NCBI GenBank assembly: GCA_947571115.1
Contig: CANOWW010000010.1
Span: 6,142 to 70,141 of the forward strand
Direction of reading: 5' to 3'
Source of the DNA: an uncultured Clostridium sp.
Lineage (GTDB): Bacteria; Bacillota; Clostridia; TANB77; CAG-508
DNA length: 64,000 nt
A program made the position numbers and the translations under genes. Position 1 is the stretch's first letter. Each line of letters starts with the position of its first letter. Below are positions 19,974 through 29,354 of the stretch, in pieces. Below the pieces are notes generated by a model. The model was given only the letters and a program-made list of their open reading frames with translations. It was not told the DNA's origin and made no database searches.

Positions 19974-20396
19974 ATGAACAAACAATTAGGTTACAGTATA
20001 GCTAGTGGTATGATTTTCTTTGGAATATGCACCATTTTCGCAAACAATATGCGGCCTTGGGCAATTCTAATGAGTTTGGGAATCTTTTTCCTGACCTTCT
20101 CAGGTTTAGGAACATCCATGTCATATTTTTCACTTGGCATTGGTACCCATTTCTTTTTGTTTGGAATATTTATTCTATTTTCGAAAAATATATCTCTCCA
20201 AGCAATTATATTGTACATTGGAATGTTCCTGCTTATTGCAATAACTCAAAATTTAACTATTTGGAAAGTTTCTGCTATGATTGGACTTGGAATTAATATG
20301 TGGACCAGTTCAAGCCCTGGTTTACAAGTATTTAGTATGCTTCTTACCGGCATATTATTTAGTTTTCTTCTCTATCTTCAAGACACAAACACATAA
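19974..20396 (+). CDS. hypothetical 4-TM membrane protein (140 aa)
   Basis: AGAGAGGTG RBS and strongly hydrophobic throughout. No family recognised. Contains one in-frame CGG (20052-20054). Confidence 0.5.
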   Translation: MNKQLGYSIASGMIFFGICTIFANNMRPWAILMSLGIFFLTFSGLGTSMSYFSLGIGTHFFLFGIFILFSKNISLQAIILYIGMFLLIAITQNLTIWKVSAMIGLGINMWTSSSPGLQVFSMLLTGILFSFLLYLQDTNT

Positions 20397-20407
20397 GGAG
20401 GGATGTT

Positions 20408-20548
20408 ATGAACCTATGGGACTACTTGTTAGAGGCTGATAAGCTTCAACTCGAAAAATTGGAAGCTTTAAAACCCTATCTTCCTTTTTTAGTACCGCTG
20501 TTTGCATTAAGCATGATTTTGGATTATCTCAAAAACAAACGCAAATAA
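20408..20548 (+). CDS. possible 46-aa tail-anchored peptide (MNLWDYLLEADKLQLEKLEALKPYLPFLVPLFALSMILDYLKNKRK)
   Basis: AAGGAGGG lies 5 nt before the ATG, 12 nt after the previous stop. Below the ORF-track cutoff and hand translated. Confidence 0.4.
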   Translation: MNLWDYLLEADKLQLEKLEALKPYLPFLVPLFALSMILDYLKNKRK

Positions 20549-20567
20549 TTCAAAAATCCAGTCTAAC

Positions 20568-20600
20568 GCCAGCCGAGCACTTCGGCTGGTGGCTTATTTT
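20568..20600 (+). terminator. rho-independent terminator
   Basis: GCCAGCCGAGCACTTCGGCTGGTGGC followed by TTATTTTTA. Confidence 0.65.
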
Positions 20601-20626
20601 TATCCATTATCCCACTTTACTTTCTA

Positions 20627-20687
20627 CTTTACTCATGATTTTTTCCTTTCTATTGAAAAATAACGTTCCCAGCTTCTTGACTTTTAT
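20627..20687. repeat. 61-bp direct repeat, copy 2 (pseudo-sufB initiation region)
   Basis: Same sequence as 19860-19920 with one mismatch. On the minus strand it gives only ATGAGTAAAGTAGAAAGTAAAGTGGGATAA (9 codons). Confidence 0.9.
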
Positions 20688-20740
20688 GGATTTTTATGTT
20701 ATACTATATAAATTAAATGATAGAAGGAAGGTGTATACCA

Positions 20741-20884
20741 TTGGATACTAGAAAAACATTGGCAGAAGTAGAACGCCTAATGGAGTTGCGGCACCAAAAA
20801 ATAGTAAAAATTCGCAACTTTGCACTTGTCACACTATTGTCAGTCTTGCTGTTCTTTTTTATTGCAGCCAATCTTCCATTATAG
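20741..20884 (+). CDS. possible 47-aa tail-anchored peptide (TTG start)
   Basis: GAAGGAAGGTG RBS 7 nt upstream of TTG, with a C-terminal TM segment LVTLLSVLLFFFIAANL. Contains an in-frame CGG (20789-20791). Weak call. Confidence 0.25.
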   Translation: MDTRKTLAEVERLMELRHQKIVKIRNFALVTLLSVLLFFFIAANLPL

Positions 20885-20897
20885 TCCTCTTGGACTA

Positions 20898-20921
20898 GGC
20901 GGTGTAACAGCCGCCTTTTTT
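20898..20921. terminator. bidirectional terminator after sufC and the small plus-strand ORF
   Basis: GGCGGtgtaacagCCGCC followed by TTTTTT. Confidence 0.6.
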
Positions 20922-21660
20922 ATGCTTTAAATTGCCCATACCCATTTTCTTCAATTTGCTTTGCCAAATCCTGCGTTCCCGTTTTGACAATTTGCCCATT
21001 TACCAAAACATGCACAAAATCCACTTTCAAACTATGCAAAATTTTCGTATTATGCGTAATAATCAAAACCGCATTTTCCTCATTTTTGAACATCTCAATC
21101 CCCTTGGAAACCGTTTTAATTGCGTCCACATCCAAACCAGAATCCGTCTCGTCCAAAATCGCCAATTTCGGATTTAACACAAGCATTTGCAAAATCTCAT
21201 TTTTCTTTTTTTCGCCGCCTGAAAAGCCAACATTCAAACTTCTTTCCATATTTTTGGGGTTCATATTTAATTCTTGCATATTGTTTTTTAATTCTTCTTT
21301 AAATTCAAAGATTTTCACTGGCTTTCCTGTCATTTTATTTTTGGCATATTTCAAAAAATTGGTGACCGAAACCCCCGGAATCTCCTCTGGCAATTGAAAA
21401 GACATGAAAACTCCCTTTCGTGCAATTTCATCAGTTTTTAAATCATTGATATTTTCGTTTTCAAAAGTAATGGTTCCTGCCGTTTTGGTGTACATTGGAT
21501 TGTTCAAAATAGCATTTGCAGTCGTGGTTTTCCCAGAACCATTTGGTCCCATAATAACATGAATTTCGCCTTTTTTGATTTCCAAATTAATTCCTTTTAG
21601 AATTTCTTTTTCCTCTGCATTGACATGTAAATCTTTAATTTCTAACAAATTTTCCCCCAT
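20920..21660 (-). CDS. sufC: Fe-S cluster assembly ATPase SufC
   Basis: Walker A GPNGSGKTT, ABC signature FSGGEKKKNEI and Walker B LAILDETDSGLD. Confidence 0.9.
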   Translation of the reverse strand: MGENLLEIKDLHVNAEEKEILKGINLEIKKGEIHVIMGPNGSGKTTTANAILNNPMYTKTAGTITFENENINDLKTDEIARKGVFMSFQLPEEIPGVSVTNFLKYAKNKMTGKPVKIFEFKEELKNNMQELNMNPKNMERSLNVGFSGGEKKKNEILQMLVLNPKLAILDETDSGLDVDAIKTVSKGIEMFKNEENAVLIITHNTKILHSLKVDFVHVLVNGQIVKTGTQDLAKQIEENGYGQFKA

Positions 21661-21679
21661 GATTTTCCCTTTCTGTTCT

Positions 21680-22129
21680 CTACAATTTTACATTCGTTCT
21701 GCGCTTGCAAGAACGACATTTTTCTTTGTTCACATCATAATCACAATCTAACTCGTTTAAATCCAGAGCCTTATGCACATACTTGGCTAACTTATTTATG
21801 GTATCGTCTGTCATATTGGATTTCATTTTTTCAGCTTCTTGCCTAGCCGCCTCTTCCTCCAAATTTAAAACCTCTTTCAAAAACAAAAAAACAATATCAT
21901 ATGCTTCTAAGATTTTTTTAGCTAAATTTTCCCCAGCTTCCGTCAATTCAATCGTTCCATATGTTTCATAATGCAAAAGTTCATGATTTTTCAAGTTGCG
22001 AACCGCCTTATTCACACTTGCTTTTGTACAATCCATTTTTTCTGCAATATCAGTCACACGCACTCGTCCATTTTGTTTTTTCAACACATACATCGTTTTC
22101 AAATACTCTTCTAATGATTGTGAAATCAT
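21680..22129 (-). CDS. DtxR/MntR-family metal-dependent transcriptional regulator with a Cys-rich C-terminal tail
   Basis: SLEEYLKTMYVLKKQNGRVRVTDIAEKMDCTKASVNKAVRNL is a typical DtxR N-terminal wHTH. The tail reads CDYDVNKEKCRSCKRR. It sits directly upstream of sufC. Confidence 0.75.
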   Translation of the reverse strand: MISQSLEEYLKTMYVLKKQNGRVRVTDIAEKMDCTKASVNKAVRNLKNHELLHYETYGTIELTEAGENLAKKILEAYDIVFLFLKEVLNLEEEAARQEAEKMKSNMTDDTINKLAKYVHKALDLNELDCDYDVNKEKCRSCKRRTNVKL

Positions 22130-22248
22130 ACTTTTCTCCTAAATAGTTAATCACGGTTAACATTATATAATGTTGTCTTTTGTTTGTCAAGGCTAACATT
22201 TAATTTTATTTCTATTTTTTGCATTTTTTCAAATTTTATAACAAAAAT

Positions 22249-22281
22249 GAACTATTAAAGAATCTTTAATAGTTCGTTTTT
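22249..22281. repeat. palindromic element copy 4
   Basis: GAACTATTAAAGAATCTTTAATAGTTCGTTTTT, identical to copy 1. Confidence 0.85.
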
Positions 22282-22307
22282 CACTAAAATTTTATTAAAA
22301 TCGTTTC

Positions 22308-23679
22308 CTACATTTGACTCATGAAGGTGTAAATTAGCGTATGAACATATTGCAAAACTGCTATCACTGCTATGAAAGTTGCTAATCGACTTCTGACTTT
22401 GATTTGTGATTTGTCTGTTTCCTTTTCAAATTCTTGCCAAACTAAAATACTGATAATGATGAGTGCAAATTCAAAAAAGAGAAAGGTTCTGTCTGCTGAC
22501 GAAAATACTGTTGGCGAAAACCCTAGAGCCACTCTAGACATCACTCCCAAAATATAAATCACGATAGCAGTATTATTTTTCAAATTTTTGAAAATCAGCA
22601 AAATATTAAGTAGCATACTGCCCAACACTAAAAAGGCCAAAATCAGTGGCAAAAAATGAATGAAATCTAAGTAATTTCCCGGTGTTAGCATAGCCGTTTC
22701 TTTCATGAGCATTTCATGAAACACGCCAAAATACGGAAATACTCTACAAACAACATCTTTTAAAATACCAAAAACCAAGCTCGTAACCAACGGAATTAGG
22801 CTAACGGCGCGGTACAAATTTTGTTTATATTGCTTGAAAATATACACGCAGCAGACAAGCGAAAACACAAAATAAACAAGATTTGTACCAACCAATAAAT
22901 GGTTGACAGTTGCCGTTAAACCTAAGGAAACTTTGTCAAGAAAACCCAAAGATGCAAATTCCATATAATAAGTCGCGATTTCTTCTGTTTTTCTGGCATA
23001 ATTTCCGCGGGCAAGTCGCAATAAATAGTAAACTGAAAAGTGCAAAAATGCATTGCACAACCAAAAATGGATGCACTTTTTTATTTTTTAAAATATGATA
23101 AATTGTAAAAATAGTATAAGCGCAAAACGCGAGCATACAACACTGCTCCTGATTGCAAGCAAAAACCAAAGCTGCTGAATAAATCGGATACATGAATTTT
23201 TCGATTTTTTCTTGGCGTTGTATTTTTGCAATAGGAATCATGCTAAAAAGCAGCATGGCAAGCGGCCAAGTGTAATTCATGGACCCTGCTCCCCAGTCGC
23301 AAGACGCGATTTTATCTAGCGGATAAATTAAAATAAAGCAAATCGCCATCCAATTCAATATTTTATTGTCTTCTTTGACAAATAGTTTTAAAATAGAATA
23401 TCCTAAAATCGTCATTATGATTGTGTTTAACATTGCCCAAATAATGCCCGTTTTGGGCAAAATTAGACAAATTAAAGTTTCGATGAAAACTCTGGAAGTC
23501 CAAGTTTGATAGCGCATACTAATAAAATCCCAAATCGACATTTCCTGCATTTGTTTGATAAAAAATTCAGAGTCATATTTGTTTGGCGTAATCCAAATGC
23601 TGATGAAAAATTCTAATATAAAAAAAATTAGCAAACATTTTCCTTGGTTCGTTTTCAAAAAGTTCCTTATTTTTGTCAT
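22308..23679 (-). CDS. large polytopic membrane protein (DUF6056-like); intact only with a +1 shift at CGG (23005-23007)
   Basis: The two overlapping ORFs (22936..23679 and 22308..23060) join as ...LFSLLFIATCP|GNYARKTEEIATYYMEFASLGF. The family assignment is tentative. Confidence 0.6.
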
Positions 23680-23689
23680 TTTTCTCTCC

Positions 23690-24187
23690 TTATAAATTGA
23701 CTTCTACGCCTGTGTCTACTAGCAAATCTTCTCCGTCATTTTGATATAAAATATATAAATCATAGCCTGCATTGGGCAATCCAAGCACAATGCTTTCCGT
23801 TTTTAAGCCACTGTTTAGACATTCGTAACCATCCACAAATTGATTTTCTTCTACCAACTCCATCCCTGTTTTGAGCAAATACATTTTCTCGTTTTCTCGA
23901 TTTTTCAGGATAAAACTGCTTTTAAAGGTCTCTATGGATTGTCCTTCCTTATACGCCCAGCCTGAAATTTCCAATCTTAAACTTCCTCTGTACAAGTTCA
24001 AAATTCCATTTTTGACGGTATGTTCTGTATCAATTTTTGTATTTTTGCCCAAATGATACACACGAGGAAGTGCAAAAGACATAAACGTTAATAATATATA
24101 AATAATGCTAACGATTATTCCGATAATCATAATTCTTTTGTAAACTTTTCCTTCTACTTCAGCATTTAACCAGTTAATCTTAATCAC
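23690..24187 (-). CDS. hypothetical membrane-anchored protein (165 aa)
   Basis: One N-terminal TM helix followed by a beta-rich domain. Lies 11 nt upstream of the previous gene, so probably co-transcribed. Confidence 0.55.
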   Translation of the reverse strand: MIKINWLNAEVEGKVYKRIMIIGIIVSIIYILLTFMSFALPRVYHLGKNTKIDTEHTVKNGILNLYRGSLRLEISGWAYKEGQSIETFKSSFILKNRENEKMYLLKTGMELVEENQFVDGYECLNSGLKTESIVLGLPNAGYDLYILYQNDGEDLLVDTGVEVNL

Positions 24188-24215
24188 TCCTTTTAGGACA
24201 TTCTAACATATTTCA

Positions 24216-26369
24216 TTATTCTTTATCTGTAAATAAAATGCAAAAATTCTGTATATCCAATTGATATTTTTTAAATAATTCCCTAATCCACCAAAATATC
24301 ATATGTCTACTATATCCTGTTTCAATAAATAAGGTAGGTGCAATTTCTGTTTGCCATTGATTTACTCTTTCTTTAGAAAATATTATTTTCGTTCCATTTT
24401 CAAATTTAAAATTCTGCTTGGCTAATTCATCCAATATACCTGAATTGCTTGAATATAGAATTCTTATCATTTCTACATATATTTTCTTAAAATAATTCGC
24501 TCTATATTTCACTCCATCGTATTTGAAACCATATAATTTATAAGATTGATTATTAACATATTCGCCCCCATCATCTTCTTCATTATCAATATAAAATTCA
24601 TAATATTTCTCAAATTCTAAAGTGGTATCTATATTATCTGGATATGAATAATGACTTATGATTTTTCCAGATAATCGTTTGGCTCTCGTTATAATTTCAT
24701 CTTCTTCCCATTTATTAATAGTTTCATCTAGTAATTCTTCATTTAAAATTTTTACTTTACTTTTTCCTGCGCAAAAATATTCCTTAAATTTTTTCTTTTT
24801 TTCAATAAATGAATGATTACTATACTCAGAGTTATAGCCTGTTATGGATAAATTTCCCAATGTATGAACATATTTATCATATATTTCTTGATACCTTGCC
24901 TCACCCAAATCTTTCTTCCACTGATTACTTAACGTTTCTGGTAAAATATGTTCAATCGTCATATCTGACATATCCACTGGTTCTTCATTATCATTTTCTA
25001 TAAAATCAAAGAAATATCTTAATATTTTTGACTTTTTATACATATTATTATAAATAAGACTGTCCTCAAAAGTTTTATCACTTGGCATTCTATCATTCGT
25101 TTTTAGCGTACATAAGTATGATTCTAAGGCTTTGTAATACATCTTTTGATTTACTTTATTAATCCCAAATACTCTATTATATAAACCAGCATAAAACCTT
25201 CTTAAACTTGAAGATGGTACTTCTGCCACTGCTCTTCTTAACGCATAATTTCCAAATAAAAACAATATTTTATTGAATTCTTCTTCCTTTGATTTAATCG
25301 CTTCCACTTCATCATCAGCAACATCATTTCTATATAATTTTTGGACTCCCTGAAAATCATCACAAACTTGTAGTAAAAATGGATAAATTGTACTATGTTT
25401 TAACAATCCAAATAAAGCGCATAATTGATTAGATTTTTCGCCAAATAATTTAGAATTATTGCACACAATTAATTTATAGTATTCTCCAAATTTTACAATT
25501 TCTTCAAAAACATATTCTTGATTATTCACTTTTCTGTAATATAATTTAAAATTATCATATACTTTCGTTTCCTGTATGTATCTCGCATCTTTCATGACTA
25601 AAAAATCATAGAAAAACTTTTCGATATTATCTTTTCCCACATCATTTTGCAATTTAACCCAATATTTTTTATAATATTCCTTTTGCTTTCCTGCATCTTT
25701 GATTCCCATTAACAAAAAATTTCTGATTAAATCCGAAGTTTCCAAATACATTCCAGTTGAATTGATGCTTTCAAAAATCAGCTGTGGGTCATCATTTTTA
25801 TCAATAATGATTTCTACCACTTCTAAATTCGTTATACCTTCAAAAATTTCATCAATTGATACTTGCTCCAACTCTACTGATGTTTTTATTCTATCTATAA
25901 AATTATGATAATTAATCGCAACATTGGATGATTGGTCTAAATCACTTAAATTTCCCATCAGAACCTTTTCTAATTCTTGATTATCACTATCTACAGATTT
26001 TAATTTCAGTTTATATCTTTCTTCACAATTATCGTTATACAAGGAATGATAAATTCTGTTTTTTATCGTTTTATCTTTCTCATCGTCTGCCATATCATAT
26101 AAAGCTTTTAGCAACAATATAACTGTCGTTACTCTCTGCTGTCCATCAATTATTGGACAAAAAGAAAAATTATTTTCTGTTTTTTCAAAATAAACCAAAC
26201 TTCCCAAATAATGATTTCTTCCCTTTTTTATACTATCCATAATATCATCATATAATTGATTGCATTGCTGTTTCTGCCAAGAATACAATCTTTGGTAAAC
26301 AGGTATAGTGTATTGTCTATATGTTTGCTCTATTATTTTTGTATATAATCTTCTATTATTTGCTTCCAT
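24216..26369 (-). CDS. GmrSD-like type IV (modification-dependent) restriction enzyme: DUF262 + DUF1524
   Basis: The N-terminal YTIPVYQRLYSWQKQQCNQLYDDI...IIDGQQRVTT is the DUF262 (ParB-like NTPase) signature. The C-terminal TIEHILPE...HTLGNLSITGYNSEYSN is the DUF1524 His-Me finger. Confidence 0.8.
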   Translation of the reverse strand: MEANNRRLYTKIIEQTYRQYTIPVYQRLYSWQKQQCNQLYDDIMDSIKKGRNHYLGSLVYFEKTENNFSFCPIIDGQQRVTTVILLLKALYDMADDEKDKTIKNRIYHSLYNDNCEERYKLKLKSVDSDNQELEKVLMGNLSDLDQSSNVAINYHNFIDRIKTSVELEQVSIDEIFEGITNLEVVEIIIDKNDDPQLIFESINSTGMYLETSDLIRNFLLMGIKDAGKQKEYYKKYWVKLQNDVGKDNIEKFFYDFLVMKDARYIQETKVYDNFKLYYRKVNNQEYVFEEIVKFGEYYKLIVCNNSKLFGEKSNQLCALFGLLKHSTIYPFLLQVCDDFQGVQKLYRNDVADDEVEAIKSKEEEFNKILFLFGNYALRRAVAEVPSSSLRRFYAGLYNRVFGINKVNQKMYYKALESYLCTLKTNDRMPSDKTFEDSLIYNNMYKKSKILRYFFDFIENDNEEPVDMSDMTIEHILPETLSNQWKKDLGEARYQEIYDKYVHTLGNLSITGYNSEYSNHSFIEKKKKFKEYFCAGKSKVKILNEELLDETINKWEEDEIITRAKRLSGKIISHYSYPDNIDTTLEFEKYYEFYIDNEEDDGGEYVNNQSYKLYGFKYDGVKYRANYFKKIYVEMIRILYSSNSGILDELAKQNFKFENGTKIIFSKERVNQWQTEIAPTLFIETGYSRHMIFWWIRELFKKYQLDIQNFCILFTDKE

Positions 26370-26423
26370 TCAATCCTCCACCCTTTTCCACACCTTATTC
26401 TCATTAGAAAATTTTTGAAATTA

Positions 26424-27749
26424 CTATCTTTTTGCTTTAAGAATTTGAACCGCTTCTAATATCGTCATTGTATTTTGTTCACCTGTTGACAAATTCTTCA
26501 GCGAAACTGTTCCATTTTTGACTTCGTCTTCTCCAAGGATTGCCATATATGGAATATTAAGTTTATCAGCATATTTGAATTTTGCTTTCATTTTCTTGTT
26601 GTTCATATAAACTTCTGTAGAAATCCCTTCTTCTCTGAAGGCACTTGCCACTGGTAAACAAGCTGAAATATCATCTGACATCGAAACCACTAGCACATCA
26701 GAAATAGAAGTTTTGTCAACTTTTACTAAATTTAATTCGTTTAACTGATAAAACAATCTAGTCAACCCAATCGAAATTCCAACCCCAGGTAATGGTTTAT
26801 CTGTATAATAATCTGCCAAATTGTCGTACCTTCCACCAGAGCAAACACTCCCAATCTGTTTATAATCATTCAAAAATGTTTCATATACAGTTCCTGTATA
26901 ATAATCCAAACCTCTCGCAATCGTCAAATCCACCATAAAATGACTTTCTGGAACACCAAAAAGTTTGATATGTTTAATCACTTCTTTCAGCTCAGACAAA
27001 CCACTTTCAAATACAGGGTTAGCAATATTTAATTTTTCTAGCGCTTGAATTTTCTCATCATTACTTCCAGTGATAGAAATAAAATTTAAAATCTGGTCAA
27101 TCGATTTTTCATTCACTCCAACTTCTGAAAGTTCTTTTTGGACACAATCCAATCCGATTTTCTCCAGTTTATCAATAATTCTCATAACTTCTGTTGACAA
27201 TTCTGCCAACTGTAAAAAATTAAAAAATCCATTCAAAATTTTTCTATTATTCATGCAAATCGTAAAATTGTCAAACCCCAACTCTTTAAATGTTGTATAA
27301 ATAATGCTTGGAATTTCAGCATCATTTAGAAGAGACAATTCTCCATCCCCAATAATATCAATATCAGCTTGATAAAACTCTCGAAATCTGCCTCTTTGCG
27401 GTCTTTCTCCTCGGTATACTTTGCCAATCTGGTATCTTCTAAAAGGAAATTGCAAAACCCCATAATTCTGTGCCACATATTTTGCCAGTGGAACTGTAAG
27501 GTCAAACCTCATTGCTAAATCCGTATCCCCTTTTGTAAAGCGATAAATCTGTTTTTCCGTTTCTCCTCCAGCCTTTGCCAGTAAAACCTCAGACAGCTCC
27601 AAAATCGGTGTATCCATTGGCAAAAAGCCAAATCTTTCATACGATTTCTGAATTTTTTCTTTCATTTGGTTCAATACAATCTGGTCTGTTGGTTGTAATT
27701 CCATAAACCCCGGCAATGTTCTAGGTTCTACTTTATTGGGTGATTTCAT
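26424..27749 (-). CDS. hisS: histidine--tRNA ligase
   Basis: Motifs KQIYRFTKGDTDLAMRFDLTVPLA, YRGERPQRGRFREFYQADIDIIG and GGRYDNL. The start is ATG 27749 after AGGAGG. The longer 492-aa ORF reads through the tRNA gene. Confidence 0.9.
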   Translation of the reverse strand: MKSPNKVEPRTLPGFMELQPTDQIVLNQMKEKIQKSYERFGFLPMDTPILELSEVLLAKAGGETEKQIYRFTKGDTDLAMRFDLTVPLAKYVAQNYGVLQFPFRRYQIGKVYRGERPQRGRFREFYQADIDIIGDGELSLLNDAEIPSIIYTTFKELGFDNFTICMNNRKILNGFFNFLQLAELSTEVMRIIDKLEKIGLDCVQKELSEVGVNEKSIDQILNFISITGSNDEKIQALEKLNIANPVFESGLSELKEVIKHIKLFGVPESHFMVDLTIARGLDYYTGTVYETFLNDYKQIGSVCSGGRYDNLADYYTDKPLPGVGISIGLTRLFYQLNELNLVKVDKTSISDVLVVSMSDDISACLPVASAFREEGISTEVYMNNKKMKAKFKYADKLNIPYMAILGEDEVKNGTVSLKNLSTGEQNTMTILEAVQILKAKR

Positions 27750-27762
27750 ATAGTCTTCCTCC

Positions 27763-27800
27763 TTAAAAATCCCTATAAGGGCATACCTTATAGGGAAACT
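27763..27800 (-). terminator. hairpin + U-run between tRNA-fMet and hisS
   Basis: The minus strand reads TCCCTATAAGGtatgCCCTTATAGGGA followed by TTTTT, ending 13 nt before the hisS RBS. Confidence 0.6.
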
Positions 27801-27806
27801 TACATT

Positions 27807-27882
<76 letters not shown>

Positions 27883-28066
27883 ATATAGAATAGAAAGCTC
27901 AAACATCTTTCTATTTAAAACTAAAATTTATTATAACACATTTTTTCAAAATTGTCAACTGTTTTCTCATTCATTTTAAGCAATTTTTCTTATATAATAA
28001 ACATTTATACTATATTATATGCTATTTTCCATAAAATATTACACTTTATCTTTATTTTTCTTGATT

Positions 28067-28534
28067 TTACAAATCAGCACTTTTTTCTTTTCTCCTATAA
28101 TTTCCTGAAATCAATTTCGGAATGGAAATAATAATTTTATAAATTGCCAATCTTATTTTTTTAGAAATCAAATAAGATTTACGCAAATGTCGTGGACGCG
28201 CAATTGGTGTCTCTTCCATCATCATCAAAGAAGTATCTGGATGTTCTATTGGAAAAACATAATTTTGTCCATCATTATTATCCCACTCATCTTTTTCATT
28301 TTTTAGACAAAAATTAAACGTACTGCTATCCAACAAATCCACTTCTATTTGAAAACCTAAATCCGTTTTTTTCATGTCTGCTTCTGTCAAATTCTCCCAA
28401 TCGTTTCCAAAACCATAGTGAATTTTCACTTTTTCCGAATTATTCTGAAAAAGACTTCCTGTATAAGATATTTTAACAAGCGAATTGGATGTCAATTTAT
28501 CTGTATTAAAAAATATATTTTTTACAAGTTCCAT
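28067..28534 (-). CDS. hypothetical protein with a carbohydrate-binding-module-like N-terminal domain
   Basis: KIHYGFGNDWENL...EWDNNDGQNYVF resembles starch-binding CBM repeats. The C-terminus is a basic hydrophobic tail. Tentative. Confidence 0.45.
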   Translation of the reverse strand: MELVKNIFFNTDKLTSNSLVKISYTGSLFQNNSEKVKIHYGFGNDWENLTEADMKKTDLGFQIEVDLLDSSTFNFCLKNEKDEWDNNDGQNYVFPIEHPDTSLMMMEETPIARPRHLRKSYLISKKIRLAIYKIIISIPKLISGNYRRKEKSADL

Positions 28535-28629
28535 AAAACTCTCCTCTTATGTAGTAATAAAATTTTATCGTTTTTATTATATTATGAACCAAAAAATTTT
28601 TCAAGTCAATTTGATAAAAAAATTCAATC

Positions 28630-29194
28630 TTAGACATAAATTTTTCCAATAATCGAAAATTCGTCAGAATCCCCTATCACAGTGTCTTTATACATGCTAT
28701 TATTTGGTTTCAAAATAAAATGATCCTTTTTATAAATTAATTTGCGAATCATAAATCTATCATTTACCTTAAAAAGCCCAATTTCCTTATGATTTACAAT
28801 CGCATTCAGCTCTACGAAAGCATACGAATGTTCCTTAATCATTGGCTCCATTGAATTATCTGGCGCCTTAAACGCTAATGACGCATTGGCAAAATTGGCA
28901 GGACAATCAATCAAATCAAAATCCGTAAAAGCTGGAATTTGGTTGTATGTTACGTAATTTATGTAATTTCGTTCAATTTGTGGTTCCTTTAATTCCTTAT
29001 CAAACGTATAATAAAGCATTTCAAAAGGCACGCCTAAAGCCGATGTTATTGTTTTTAATGTTTTGGTGCTTGGGTTCCTTTCCCCTTTTTCAATATGCGA
29101 TAAATGCCCTACATCAATTCCGTGTAAGTCTTGCTAATTCTGTTTTTGAAATTCCTTTTTCTTTTCGAATACGTTCTATCAATCTCCCTAACAT
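28630..29194 (-). CDS. XRE-HTH + S24 (LexA/cI-like) peptidase-domain repressor; intact only with a +1 shift at CGG (29120-29122)
   Basis: Hand translation from ATG 29194 gives MLGRLIERIRKEKGISKTELARLT|GIDVGHLSHIEKGERNPSTKTLKTITSALGVPFEMLYY..., which runs into the listed 28630..29031 ORF. That ORF carries the S24-like domain (DNSMEPMIKE...). Confidence 0.7.
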
Positions 29195-29354
29195 TTTCTA
29201 CCTCACTTTTTGTCGAATAAACTCTCTTTATTATATCCATAATTTTCTAACTTGTCTAGTAGAAATCGAAAAAAATTTAACCCACAAAATATATTGCTAA
29301 AAAAGTCTACTTATGATAATATAAAATATATTATTTTAAGGAGGAAACAGCCAA

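Noticed and set aside
20676-20704. Second plus-strand promoter in repeat copy 2
   Set aside because: The -35 box TTGACT is duplicated, but the sequence 17 nt downstream is TAATAC, a poor -10 box. I did not list it as a feature.
22130-22210. DtxR operator upstream of the DtxR-family gene (GTTAATCACGGTTAAC and AGGCTAAC segments)
   Set aside because: These are imperfect palindromes with a weak resemblance to the DtxR/IdeR box. They cannot be supported without a position weight matrix or comparative data.
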